NCBI GenBank assembly: GCA_004431415.1
Contig: QPMI01000261.1
Location: forward strand, 54,827 to 118,826
DNA: 64,000 nucleotides
Direction of reading: 5' to 3'
DNA from: Cyanophora paradoxa CCMP329
Lineage: Eukaryota; Plantae; Glaucophyta
The position numbers were made by a program, and so were the translations under genes. Positions 35,898 through 47,087 of this stretch are shown piece by piece. The notes under the pieces were generated by a model. The model was not told where the DNA came from and did not search any database. It saw only the letters and a list, made by a program, of their open reading frames with translations. Each line of letters opens with the position of its first letter. Within the stretch, counting starts at the first letter, position 1.

Positions 35898-38045
35898 CTA
35901 CTCGTCGTCGTCGGCAAACTCGTCGCGCTCGGCGCGGGTGTAGTGGTACTCGACGCTCCACTGCCGCACCTCCCGCAGCCGCCGCTGCGCCGACCCCAGC
36001 ACGCCCCGCATGAACTGCCCAGCCCGCCCCGCGGCGTCAGCGGGATCGAGGAGGGGCGGGCGCGGTGGGCGGGCGCACGGGGTCGGCGGCGACGTCGAGG
36101 AGGGCGCGCTCGAGGGCCTTCCGCACCGTCCCGTGGCTCGTCCGCCACTGCCCGTCCGACGTCGGGCAGTCTGCGCCCCGCTCTCATCAGAACAGGCCCC
36201 CGCGCATGCCCCGCGCAGCCGGCGCTCGGGCGCCTGGCGCCTACCGTCATCGAAGTCGCTGCGGGGAAAAGTATCAGCGGGCGCAGCAGAGCAGTGAAGG
36301 CAGCGGCAACGGCGCACAACTCGTCTCGGGCGTTCCGGAAGGGGCGGGGGCAGGCGTCGCTCCACGTGAGCACGTCCCTGCGTGGCGTCAGGGGGGGCGG
36401 GGCGGGCGGGGGCGGGCGGGGCGCGCCGCTCGCGATAGACGGGGAAGGCAAAGGGGCGGGCGGTGTCGGGGTCCGCGAGGGTGCGGAAGGAGTGCGGCTC
36501 GGGGCGGGCCGCGTCGGGCGCGAGCCCGAGGAAGGCCTCCTCCGCCTCGACCTCCTCCCCCCGCAGCGACTCCACCTCCTCCTCCAGCGCGCCCCCGCCC
36601 GCCCCCGCCGCCCCCGCCGAGAAGTCCAGCGCCGCCGGCTCCGCCGCCGCCCCGCACCCGAGCGGGCGGCACTCGGGCACGGGGTCGAAGCCGACGACGG
36701 GCCGCTCCGGCGTGATCTCCCAACCGGCGTCCGCGCCCGGGGCGGCGCCGTGAAGCGCCGGCGTGCCCACCGCCGGCGAGGGCGGGAAGGCCGCTGGGTG
36801 GCGGGCCCCGCAGGGGGACGGGGTCGCGTCGACGGCAGGCCAGCGCTGCGGGGGCCCGAAAGGCTCCCCGACGCCGCGCTGAGGCCGTCTGCCCGAGCCC
36901 TCCAGCCGGTTGCCCGCTTCGACGCACGGCGAGACCGGCGAGGGCGCCTGCATGCGCGCCAGCGGCTCGAACGGGGGCGGGCGCTGCGAGGGAGTTGCCT
37001 GCGGCTCGCTTGCGGAGCTGATGCCGAGTCGGGCGAGGGAGGACGGCGGGGAGGGTTGCGCGTGCTGCTGGCCGCTGGGTCGGGGCGAGGAAAGGGCGTG
37101 GGGCGGGGAGGGCCCCTCCGGGGGGCTGGAGGTGCTGATGAGGATCTCGATGTCGCAGGCGCCGTCGTCGGCCTCGCGCGGCGGGACGAGGAAAGCGGTG
37201 CCCGAGTCAGAGAAGAGGCTCCCGTCCAGGTCCGAGTCCGGCAGCGCCGGCTGCGAGAACGCGTGCGGCGGGCCTTGCGACGCCGTCAGCGGCTGCGACG
37301 TTCTCAGAAGCTCCGGCGGCTGATCCCCCTGCGACGACTCGCCCATGCCCGGCTGCGGAACCGGAAGATCAAAAGATGTCGACGTACGCGTACGCATATG
37401 CATGGGCGCCGGCACTTTCCGGAAGGCGAACCAAACTGAGGGAGCGCGGGCGCTTCACGTATTGGTGGATTGTTGAGCTCGATGGATATAAGTTCTCCTT
37501 GTCCTCGAGCAGCTGGAGGCGGGAGAGAGGAGGCCGTGACCCGGGAGACGCGGCCGTTCGAGCAGCAATCGCAGCGTTCCTGGGCGGACTGATGGTGGCT
37601 GTATCATCGCAGAATGCATTCTCAATGCGCTGATCTGCGCATTTGCGGCTGGGGCTCGAGCTCGAGGATCCAGCCGCCGATTGGGCATGGGAAGGCCATG
37701 GCCAAGGCCCTCCACGCGAAACTGATGCACTCAAGGCGTGCTCCGAATGCTGTTTCGCGGCATTTTCTGCTGCTAGAGCAGCGTCGAGAGGTGCGCTGCT
37801 CCTCCTGCGCTTCGGTACTCGAAGCGGGGCCCACGCGCTGGATGTGCCGATGGAACTGAGGAGGGAGCAAGCGTTCGCGTAGATGCTCTGCGACACAGAC
37901 GATCGCATTGGTGAGTAGGCAGAGTTCCAGCTCGCGTATGCGAGCGGCGCGAGGTCTCAACCGAGATCTCGTGATTTGATCCGCCAGAACGCACATTGAA
38001 GGAGGAGAGTGACGCGAGCCAGCGACCTGTAAGGCCCTCCAGCAT
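35898..38045 (-). CDS. Hypothetical protein, disordered N-terminal half with KEN motif; start uncertain
   Basis: Spliced exons joined by GT-AG introns; EDKENLYP; ordered C-terminus ending WSVEYHYTRAERDEFADDDE. Confidence 0.5.
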
Positions 38046-38292
38046 GTCTTCCTTGCTTGCTAGACGGTCCTCAAACGAGCTCTGCCTGGCTCTGCGCGCA
38101 GAATTTCGAATCACAACGCACGGGAGGCAGCTCGCAGGTCGCGAACTGTGGTCTCTGGAGCACCTCGTGCGCGTCGTGAGAGGTAGCACCTCGTGCATCG
38201 CCCCGCTGGCGTGCCTGGCGGGTCGGCTCTTTGAAGCGACGCTGTACTCCTTTGTCGCTTTGCCCCCCTCCCGAAACAATTTGATCTGAAAA

Positions 38293-40477
38293 ATGAGCGC
38301 GCTTGTTCTAAACATCGGCTCCTCGGTATTGCACTCCCGTCCCATTCAAGGGCTCGAACTGATCTTGGCGCCCACCCAGAGCCTCAAATGGGCGCTCGTG
38401 CTCCTCCCCAGTCAGGGCTATCCAGCGGACGGGATCGGAGACGACGAGACCATTCGAGTTGCTTCCGGTAGCATTGAGGATATTGGCGCGCCTGCTCTCG
38501 CGCCATCCACCGCGCCCGCGCAAGTTGGCGAGGCCTCGCTTTGAGCGCAGCGCAGGATGTAGCGCTCGGGTGTGCTTTACGAAGTACGAGAAGCGTGTAA
38601 AGGGCAGCGCCCAGGTGCGCCGCGCATCCGCGTGCAGGTGTCAAAATGCATCCGCTCATGCATCCGCGCGTCGGGGTGCAGGTGTCGAAATCGTGCCACG
38701 ATGCGTCAGAGGAAATCGGAACACAGGACGCAGCCTTGAAACGCATCCTGGAGCTCGTTTGCAATGAGCAAACCGGCTCGCTTGCGAGCGTAGACGACAT
38801 AGCGATCGTCGCGCATCGAGTCGTGCAGGGCGGCCCGCAACGCTCGCCGCTCATTCTCCGCGACGATGCGGACCTCGAGCCCTTCCGCGCCCTCGAGCCG
38901 CTCGCCCCGCGCGCCCGCGCCCGCCCATCGCCGTCATGCGCTGCGCCCTTCTCTTACTCGACGAGCTCGCAGCCTGCATCAGAAGTTCGAGCTGGACGGT
39001 CGGCGCTCGACGCCTCGCTCCAGGGGCGGCGAGGGCGCTGATCGCACGGGGGGGGCGGCGCAGGCGTGGAGCTGGCGCGGCGCGCCCTGGGTAACGTCCC
39101 GCACGTCCTCGTCTTCGACACGATGTTCCGTGCGCGCCAGCCGGGACCCCGGCGGCCGCCCCCGCCCGGCCCCCGGGCGTGAGAGGCGGTGCGCGTGCAG
39201 ACACGGCGATGCCGGCGTACGCGTCGACGTACGCGATCCCGCGGGAGCTGCGGGAGGGGCAGCCGCCGGCGCGCAGCTTCGGCTTCCACGGCGCCTCGTA
39301 CGCGTACGTCTCGCGCAAGGCGGCGGAGTGGCTCGACACGCCCCTCGAGTACCTCAGAATCGTCGCCATCCACTGGGGCAACGGCGCCTCCGCCGCCGCC
39401 ATCCAGGCCCGCCTCCAGCGCCTGGCCCCCGTGCGCCGCGGTGCTGACGGGGCGCCGGCAGATGGGCCGCTCCGTGGACTGGTGCGCGGGGCGGGGCGGG
39501 GCGGGGCGGGGGCCGGGGCCGACGCGTGCAGCTCGATGGGGATGACGCCGAACTCGGGGCTGGTGATGGGGACGCGGAGCGGGGACGTGGACCCGGGCCT
39601 CCCCGGCCACGTCGCCCGCTCCCGCCGCCTCCCCCTCGAGGAAGCCGAGCGCCTCCTCGACGAGCACGGCGGCCTCAAGGCGCCCGCCCCGCCCGCCCCG
39701 CACCCGCCCCCGCCCCCCTTACCCCCCCCGCCTCGCCCCCGCCAGGGCCTCTGCGGCACCCCCGACATGCGCGAGGCGCGCCGGCGCCTCCCACGCGCCC
39801 CGGCGGCGCGGCGCGAGCGGGCGGGGGCGGCGCAGGTGCTGCGGCGGGCGGCGGGGGGCGACCGCGACGCGCGCCTCGCCCTCGACGTCGCGTGCTACCG
39901 TCCGCCGCCCGCCGGCGCCGCGCCGCGTCGCTCGGCGCTGAGCGGGGCGCAGGGGTGAAGAAGTACGTGGGGGCGTACGCGGCGGCGATGGGCGGCCTGG
40001 ACGCGCTCGTGTGGACGGGCGGCGTGGGGGAGAACGCCCCCGAGGTCCGCGCCCGCTCGCTCGCCGGCCTCGACTTCCTCGGCATCCGTCCGCCCCGCCC
40101 GCCCGCCCGCCCTCCCGCGCGCCGCCGGCGGGGCGAGGGGGGCGCAGGGCTCGACGGGGCGAGGAACGAGGCGGCGCAGGCGGGCCCCGGGGCTCGGTCG
40201 CCGCCGTGCACGCCGAGGCGCGCCGCGGGCCCTGGCGGCGGGGCCGGGGCTGGGGGCGGGGGCGGGGCCGAGGCGGGGGCGCAGGTCTCGCGCGTCAAGG
40301 TCCTCGTCGTCCCCACCGACGAGGAGGTGCGCTGCGCGCTGCGGCCGCCGGGGCCGGGGCGGGGACCGGGGGCCGGGGCGACGTGCGCGGCAGATGGAGA
40401 TCGCGCTGCTCGCGGAGGGGGCCCTCCTCGAGCGCGGCATCCACATCCCCCGCGTCCCCCTCCCCCGCGAGCTCTAG
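38293..40477 (+). CDS. ackA: Acetate kinase
   Basis: VLNIGSS|SLKW, HRVVQGG, LAP|LH, VFDTMF|[45 protein letters not shown]. Confidence 0.93.
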
Positions 40478-40585
40478 CCCCCCGCCAGCTCCAGCCGAGC
40501 ACCCAGCCCCGAGGCCCCTCCCCGCCCGCCCCCGGCCCAGCGCCTGCCGCACTGTACATTGGACTGCTGGGGCGCTGCCTGCGTG

Positions 40586-42132
40586 CTACCAGCCGTACTT
40601 GCCCCAGGTCTGGCTCTTGGTGAGCTTGCACTGGGAGCGCTTCTCCTCGAGCTCGGCGGCGCGCTGCTGGACGTCGTACGCCAGGAAGGTGATCTGGTGC
40701 TTCCGCCGCGACGTCATGTCCGGCCGGAACTGCGCCCCGCGTCAGCGCGGCGCCGGCGGGGCTGGGGGCGGGGGCGGGGCGGGCCATGGTGCGGCCGGTC
40801 TGGAAGACGGGGGCCTTCTTCTTGTGGTGGAAGGCCCAGCTGGCGAGCGTCGGGTCGTTCCGCACCGCCTCCGCGTTCACCTCCCGCACCCCGAGCCCCT
40901 TGCCCCGCTTCGCGCTCTTCTCCAGCTGCGCCCCGTCCCCCTCAGCCCGGCCCCCGGGGACCGGGCGGGGCGGGACGGGGCGGGGCGGGGCGGGCCTCGC
41001 GGCGGAGGTTCTCGTCGACCTCGGCGCCCTCGGGGAGGGCCCCCGCGAGGCCCGTCGAGTGGAGCATCTCCTCGTAGCTCGGCACCTCGCTGAACCCCGG
41101 CACGCTCCCCTCCCCGTGCTCTGCCTGCCACGCCGCCAGGTACGCCGCGTAGCTGCCGCCCCGCCCGCCCCGTTAGCCCCGCCCCCGCGCCCCGCCCCGC
41201 CCCCGCACCTTTCGGGGTCCATGTACGCCCCCGTCGCCTCTCCGTCGCTCCCCGACTCCGCCCCGGGGTACGGGCCCACCGCGCTCGGGTACGGCTCCGT
41301 CACGTCCGAGTACTCCCCCGGCGGCGGGGAGGGGCCCTGCGGCCCCTGCGCCGGCCCCTGCGCGGGCGTCAAAGAGGGATCCTGCGCGAGCGCGAGCCGC
41401 GCATATATACCTCATCGCTCTCTCCCGCCGCGCCTGAGGGCCCTGCGCGCCGCACGTGAGCGCTGGAGCGCCGACCCGTCCGCAAGCACCGCCCCGCGCA
41501 CCGGCGCTGTCCGAGTCGAAGAAGCCCGCTGGAAGGCCCGGAGGCGCCAGCTTCGGCTTGTCCGCAGGTTTGGAAGACGAGGAAGCGCTTGCACTGTCCG
41601 AAGGGGGCGCCGGCGCTGGCTTGGAGCGCTTGGGCGCTGGGAGCCAGCCGAGCGCCGAGGGCTCCTCGCTCGGCGCGGGCGCCTCCTGCTGCTTCTTGGG
41701 CTTCTCGTCTTCGTCGTCGTCCTCCTTCAACGCCTCCATGTCGATGGGCACGAGGAACGCAGCGCGCTTCTTCTTCTTGCCCTTCTTCGGCGGGGGCAGT
41801 CCAAGCCCGTCGCCCGAGGCCTTCGGTGCGGGCATGAGATCGAAGAGACCCAGGCCGCTCTCGGAAGCGCTCTTCCCGGCTGGCGCGTCGAAGATGTCGG
41901 CGTTGAAGCCGCCCTTCGCGGCCTTCGCCTTGGCCGCAGGCGCTTCTACGGGCGCCGCCGCTGCGCTGCTGCTTGAGCCTCCGAACAAGCTCCCGAACTT
42001 TGGCACGCCCGGCAGCGCCGAGGGCGGCGGCGGCACGCCGCGCGGTCCGCTCGGCTGCTCCTCCTGCTCTTCGGCTTCTTGCTGCTCCTTCTCGTTATCA
42101 TCATCACTTCCGTAACCCGCGAGAAGGTCCAT
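40586..42132 (-). CDS. PRCC: PRCC-like proline-rich protein
   Basis: N-terminal [12 protein letters not shown]; C-terminal [22 protein letters not shown] matches the PRCC C-terminal motif. Confidence 0.85.
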
Positions 42133-42289
42133 TTGCCCGAGGCTAGCTGGTTCCTGCTTTCGTGCCTTACCCCCCGTCCGCTCTTTCCCCCTGCTCTTCG
42201 TTCGCATGGAAAGATTTGATCGTGCCTCGGCCTTCCAGGCTCTGCCGTAGAGAGCAGAAACTCGACGCCCTGGCCTCGGGTCTACGCAG

Positions 42290-44178
42290 CTACGTGGCGC
42301 AGCAGAGGAGGCCGCCGGCGGCGGTTGCCTGGGCGAGCGCCTCCCGCCCTGCAATGGGTGTCGGCAGGGCGTGGGCAGGGCGGGGAGGGCGCGGAAGCGG
42401 GCCGCACCGGCCTCGCCGATGGGGTTCCCCTCGAGGCGGAGGGCGCGGAGCGGGGGCAGGCCGCTCTCGAGGCGGCCCTCGAGCACCAGGCCAAACGCCA
42501 GCGCCCCTGGCGGACGCTGGGCTCCAGGGCGCGCGGTGCGGGGGCGGGCGGGGCGGACCGTCGTCGGAGATGGCGCAGCGCTGGAGGACGAGGGTGGAGA
42601 GGAAGCCGGCCACCCGCACAGCCCGCGCCAGCCGCACCGCCCCTGCGCCCCCGTCGCCGTCGCCCCGGAGCGGGGCGGGGTGCGGGGGGCGGGGGGCGGG
42701 CCAGCGTCGCCGATGGGGTTGCCGGAGAGGTCGAGCTCGCGGAGGAGGGGCGGCACGGCGAGCGAGTCGGTCTCCGCGGCGAGCGCGTCCGCCAGCGACT
42801 CCACCGCCGCCCCGTCCCCGTCACCGCGCAGTCCCGCAGCAGCAGCCGCAGCCCGCGCCCCGCCGCCCGGGCCCCGCCTGCGACCCCCGCACGCCCCCCG
42901 ACTGCGACGCCCGCAGCGCCGCCGCGCCCCGGCCGAGGGACGCGGCGCGAGCCGCACCGCCCGACCAATGGCGCCGGCTGCGAGGCAATGAGACGCTGGG
43001 GAGGGGGGGGGGGGGGGGGGGGGGCGGGGCGGGCGCGGGTCGGCGATGGGTTGCGGGAGAGGTCGAGGAGGCGGAGGGCGGGCTGGCGGCGGCGCCGCGG
43101 AGGAGCTCGACGGCGGCGAAGTGCGTGAGGGCGTTCCCCGAGAGGTCGAGGGCGGTGAGTGCGGCGCAGCGGGGCAGGCCCTCCGCCAGCGGCGCCCCGC
43201 CGCGTCCGTCAGCCCGCACTCCGCGAGCCGCAGGGCGCGCAGCCCGGGGCCCAGCCCCAGCGCCAGCTGCCGGCACAGCGCCCCCGCCCCCGCCCGTCTG
43301 CGCGTGCGCCGGCGTCGTGCCGGGCGTGCGCGGGCGGGGCGGGCGGGCGGGGCGGACCGGCGGCGCGGAGGGCGGCGGAGGCGGCGAGGTCGAGGCGGGC
43401 GGTGGAGGGGAGGCGGCGAGGGCCTCGCAGAGGGCCGGCCAGAGGCGGCGGGGACGCGCGAGGCGCGCACGGCGCGGGGCGCGGTGAGCTCGGCGGCCCC
43501 TGGCACGCGTGCCACACCGCCTCGACGTCTGCCCCGGGCGGGCCGGGTGAGGCGGGGCCGGGCGGGGGGACGGGGCGCCAGCACCGGGGTAGGGCCGCTC
43601 GAGGAGGGCCGCCTCCTCGTGCCCGGCCCGCCACGCGGCGTCGTCGCCCCGCCCGCGCCCCGCGCCCGAACACCGCCCGCAGCACGCCGTGGTAGCGGCC
43701 TCTGCCCGCGTGAGGCCAGCCGCGGGCGGCGGGGCGGCGGGGCGCACCGGCGGCGGCCCAGGCGGGGCTCTGCCGGTCGCGCTCGGCGGCGACGTGCGCG
43801 CAGGGGCCGCCCGTGGCGGCGTCGGACTCCCAGCCGGCCACGGCCGCCCCGGGGCCCCGCAGCCGGCCTCGCAGGGCAGAGGTAGCGCTCGCGGCGGCGG
43901 CGGCGGCGCAGGGGAGGCGGGGGCGAAGAAGGGGTGCGGGGCGGGCCCCGGGGCGGCGAGGCCGGCGGCGGCGAGGGCGTGGGCGAGGCGGGCGAGGGCG
44001 AGGTCGGGAGGGGGCGCCCGGCGCGCAGCGCGGCGGCGAGCTCGCCGGCGTGGAGGCCGCCGCGCGAGCACAGCACGAGCCCCGCCGCCTCCCGCACCAC
44101 CTCCCGCCCAGCGCCCCCTCCGCCTCCGCCAGCGCCCCCGCCGCCGCTCCCGCAGCGTCCCGGCAGGCCCGCCCCGGC

Positions 44179-44212
<34 letters not shown>

Positions 44213-46595
44213 GGGCGAGGGCGGCGAGAAAAGCGGGGCGGCCGGCCTCGGGGGCGGGGCGTGGGCGAGAAGGCGGCGCGGGCGGCGGGGCGAGGGGGCG
44301 GCGGCGGCGAGGCAGGCGTCGGCATCGTCGGGGCCGAGGGGCGGCACGTCGAGCACCGCCACGTCCCGCCGCCCCGCCCCCGCAAACCCCTCCGCCACGG
44401 GGCCTGCCGCGCCCTCAGGCGCCGCCGGCGGGGCGGGCCGGGCGGGGCGGGGGCACCGGTGGAGCGGGCGGCGAGGAGGAGGCGGAGGGGGCGGGGAGGG
44501 AGGCAGGGAGCCAGGCGACGTCCCCCGCGGGGCGCAGCCGCTCCAGGGCCCCCACGAAAAGCGCCAGCCGGCCCGCCCCACCCGCCGCCCTGCCGCCCCG
44601 CCCCTCGCCACCCGCCCCGCGGGGGAGCCGCCCGGGGCACGCACCGGCGGCGGCGAGGGCGGGGCGAGGCGGGAGGCGAGGAGGCGGGCCGTGGCGCGTT
44701 CCTCGGCGAAGGGCTCCTCCTCGTCCCCTCCCCTCCCCTCCGCCATCGCCCCGCCGCCCCTCCGCCCCCGCCCGCGCCAGCGCCCCACCCGCTGCCGCCC
44801 CGTCACCCCGCGCCGCCCTCCCGCGCGCCCCCCGCGGGCGGCGCACGCGAAGGACGAAGGGGAGTGCGGGGGCGTGGCGGCGGCCCCCGGGCGGTAGATC
44901 TCGACGGGCTGCCCCGCCGCGGCGCAGAGGCGGGCGGCGGCGGCGAGGACCGCCTCCGCGTCCTCCGGCCACGCCGCCCGCACCAGCAGCACCCGCTCCC
45001 CGCCCCGCCCTCCCCCGCGCGAACGCCGCGGCCGCCTCGCGGCGCGGGCGAGGGCGGGGCAGGGGCGGGGCGGGGGCGAGGGCGGCGCGGTGGGCGGCGA
45101 GCTCGGCGGCGGCGGCCGGGAGGGGCGGGGCGGGCCCAAGGAAGGCCCCGCGTGAGCCCAGCCGGGCAGCTCCCCGAACTCCGCCTCCGCCGCCCCCGCA
45201 CTGCCCTGAGTCGGGCCCGCCCAGCGCCCCGGGGCGGGGCGGGCGGGGACGCGCACGGGCGTCGACGGCGGCGCGGTAGAAGGGCTCCAGCGCCGTCATC
45301 GCCACCTCCTCCCCCTCCCCCCCCTCCAGCGGGTACTCCCGCAGCACGCCCGCAGCCCCCGCCCTGCGCTCCCGCCTCGCCCCCGCGCACCGCCGCCGGG
45401 AGGAAGAGGCGGGGGGACCGGTGGCGGAGGGCGGCGAAGGGGTGCGCGGCCTCGGAGGGGGCGTCGGGCGGGCGGGGGCCTCGCGGGCGAGGACGGCAGC
45501 GCGGCGGGCGGCCGGGGCTACGGCGAGGGCACCCCACTCGAGCTCCTGCGGGGCAGTGAGGGGCGGCGGGCGGGCGGGGGCGCGGGGCGGACGAGCTCGA
45601 GGAGGGTGCGGCGGCGGGAGGGGCCCGCGGCCGGCCGCTCAGCCAGCAGCGCGGCCCGGGCCGGCTCGTCCAGGGGCCCTCGGGGCGCCCGCCGAGGAGG
45701 CCGAGGAAGAAGGGGCGGCACTCGTCGATCTGCGGGGCGTGAGGGGCGCCCCGCGCGCGGCGCCGGCGGGGCGGACGGCGTCGAGGGCGCGGGCGGGAGG
45801 TCGGGCCGGGGCGGGCCCCTCCTCGGAGAGGCCCCAGCGGAGGTCGACGGGAGGAAGAGGAGGCGGCGGGGCCGGCCCAGGCGCAGAGCTTGGGGAAGAC
45901 GGCGCGGCGGAGGGCCGTGCGCTCCGAGGCGAGGCCAGCCCGGGGCCCGCCACGTAGACGCGCACCGCCAGCCAGCCCCTGCTCGCCCTCGAGCTCAGCA
46001 CCCGCCCGAGAGGCGGCGCGGCCCGCGCCGGCGCCGGCGGCGCACCGGCGTCGTACACGCGCCGCCACGCCTCCCGCCGTCCCTCCACCACCCGCTCCGC
46101 CTGCCCCGCCCCCGCCAAGGCCCCTCCCCGTCCTTGGCCGGCGCGGCGGAGCGGCGCGGGGCTCCGGCGTGGCGGGTGCGGGCGAGCTCTGCGGGAGCGC
46201 CCGCTGGAGGCGTCGCTGCCATCGAGCGAGTCGCTGCGCGCGAGCCGGGCCGCTCCGCGACGCCCACCGGCGCCCGCGCCCCGCCACCGCTCGTGCCCGG
46301 CGGCGACGGCATCCGCGCGGCCACGCCCGACGCTGCGTGCGTCGGGACCGCCGCCGGCGCTGCGCGTGCGTGGGCGGGGCGCGTGGCGGGAGGCAGGCTG
46401 GGCCAGGAGCGCACCGTGTGGGCCGTGCGCGGAGGCCGTGGGCGGTCTCGGTGGTCGCGCCATAGCGGAGGAGCCCGGCCTCGCGCCGCTCGCCGAGTGC
46501 GGAGGCTCCACAGCCGCTGCAGGGCCCGGGCCGTCGAGGAGGACCAACCCGCCCCCGCTCGGCGTAGCGGGCCTACGAGCGCCCCCGAGCGGCAT
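42290..46595 (-). CDS. DUF4062 (TEP1/NWD-type), degenerate NACHT-like and RI-type LRR protein
   Basis: VRVYV..ERTALRRAVFPKL..VDLRWGL..IDECRPFFLGLLGGR..MTALE; LALFVGALERL..WLP; LRRs LTALDLSGNALT, LRELDLSGNPIGDAG, LRALRLEGNPIGEAG. Confidence 0.75.
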
Positions 46596-46800
46596 AACTT
46601 TCAGCTGCGCGACTTATCCGCCCGCACGCGCGGGCGGAGGCGCACCGGACGACCCGCGTTACACTGGGGGTCCGCTTCATCGTTGGACCTGCTGTATTCG
46701 GTCTTTATAAAGCCCTGCAGCTGCTGCTAAAGCCCTATAAGAAGCAATGGGAGCGCTAGGGGCTGAACTCCATCGGTGAGAAATCACCTACCCCTCGTGC

Positions 46801-46862
46801 AGAGCAGCGGCTCAGCAGCCGCTCAGCAGCGGCTCAGCAGCCGCAGCAGCGGCTCAGCAGGC
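46801..46862. repeat. Short degenerate tandem repeat (GCTCAGCAGC[C/G])n in divergent intergenic region
   Basis: About 5 degenerate units visible. Confidence 0.8.
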
Positions 46863-47087
46863 TTGCAGCCAAGCTTCAGCTTGCAGGTCGTCGTCAACGC
46901 TCATCGACGCACTCGCAGCGCTTTGCGAGCAACATTGCCTGGTGGGTCACTCGCCCACGCCGGCCCCACGGTGCGACCCCCGGACGGCGAAGCGAGCCAG
47001 CTGGGGGTCGCGCTGCGTCCGTCCGTTGTCTAGTGCAGAGCTTTTCTCTGTACCGGCCTCGAGTCAGTGCGCTGGCACGCGGGCGCA

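Noticed and set aside
41173-44640. Very long ORFs (1155 aa here; also 1138 aa at 47811 and 1034 aa at 57903)
   Set aside because: Stop-poor GC-rich frames that run through introns or antisense strands; Arg/Pro/Gly/Ala junk rather than real proteins
46801-46862. Repeats as a CRISPR-like array
   Set aside because: Contiguous units without spacers, in a eukaryotic context
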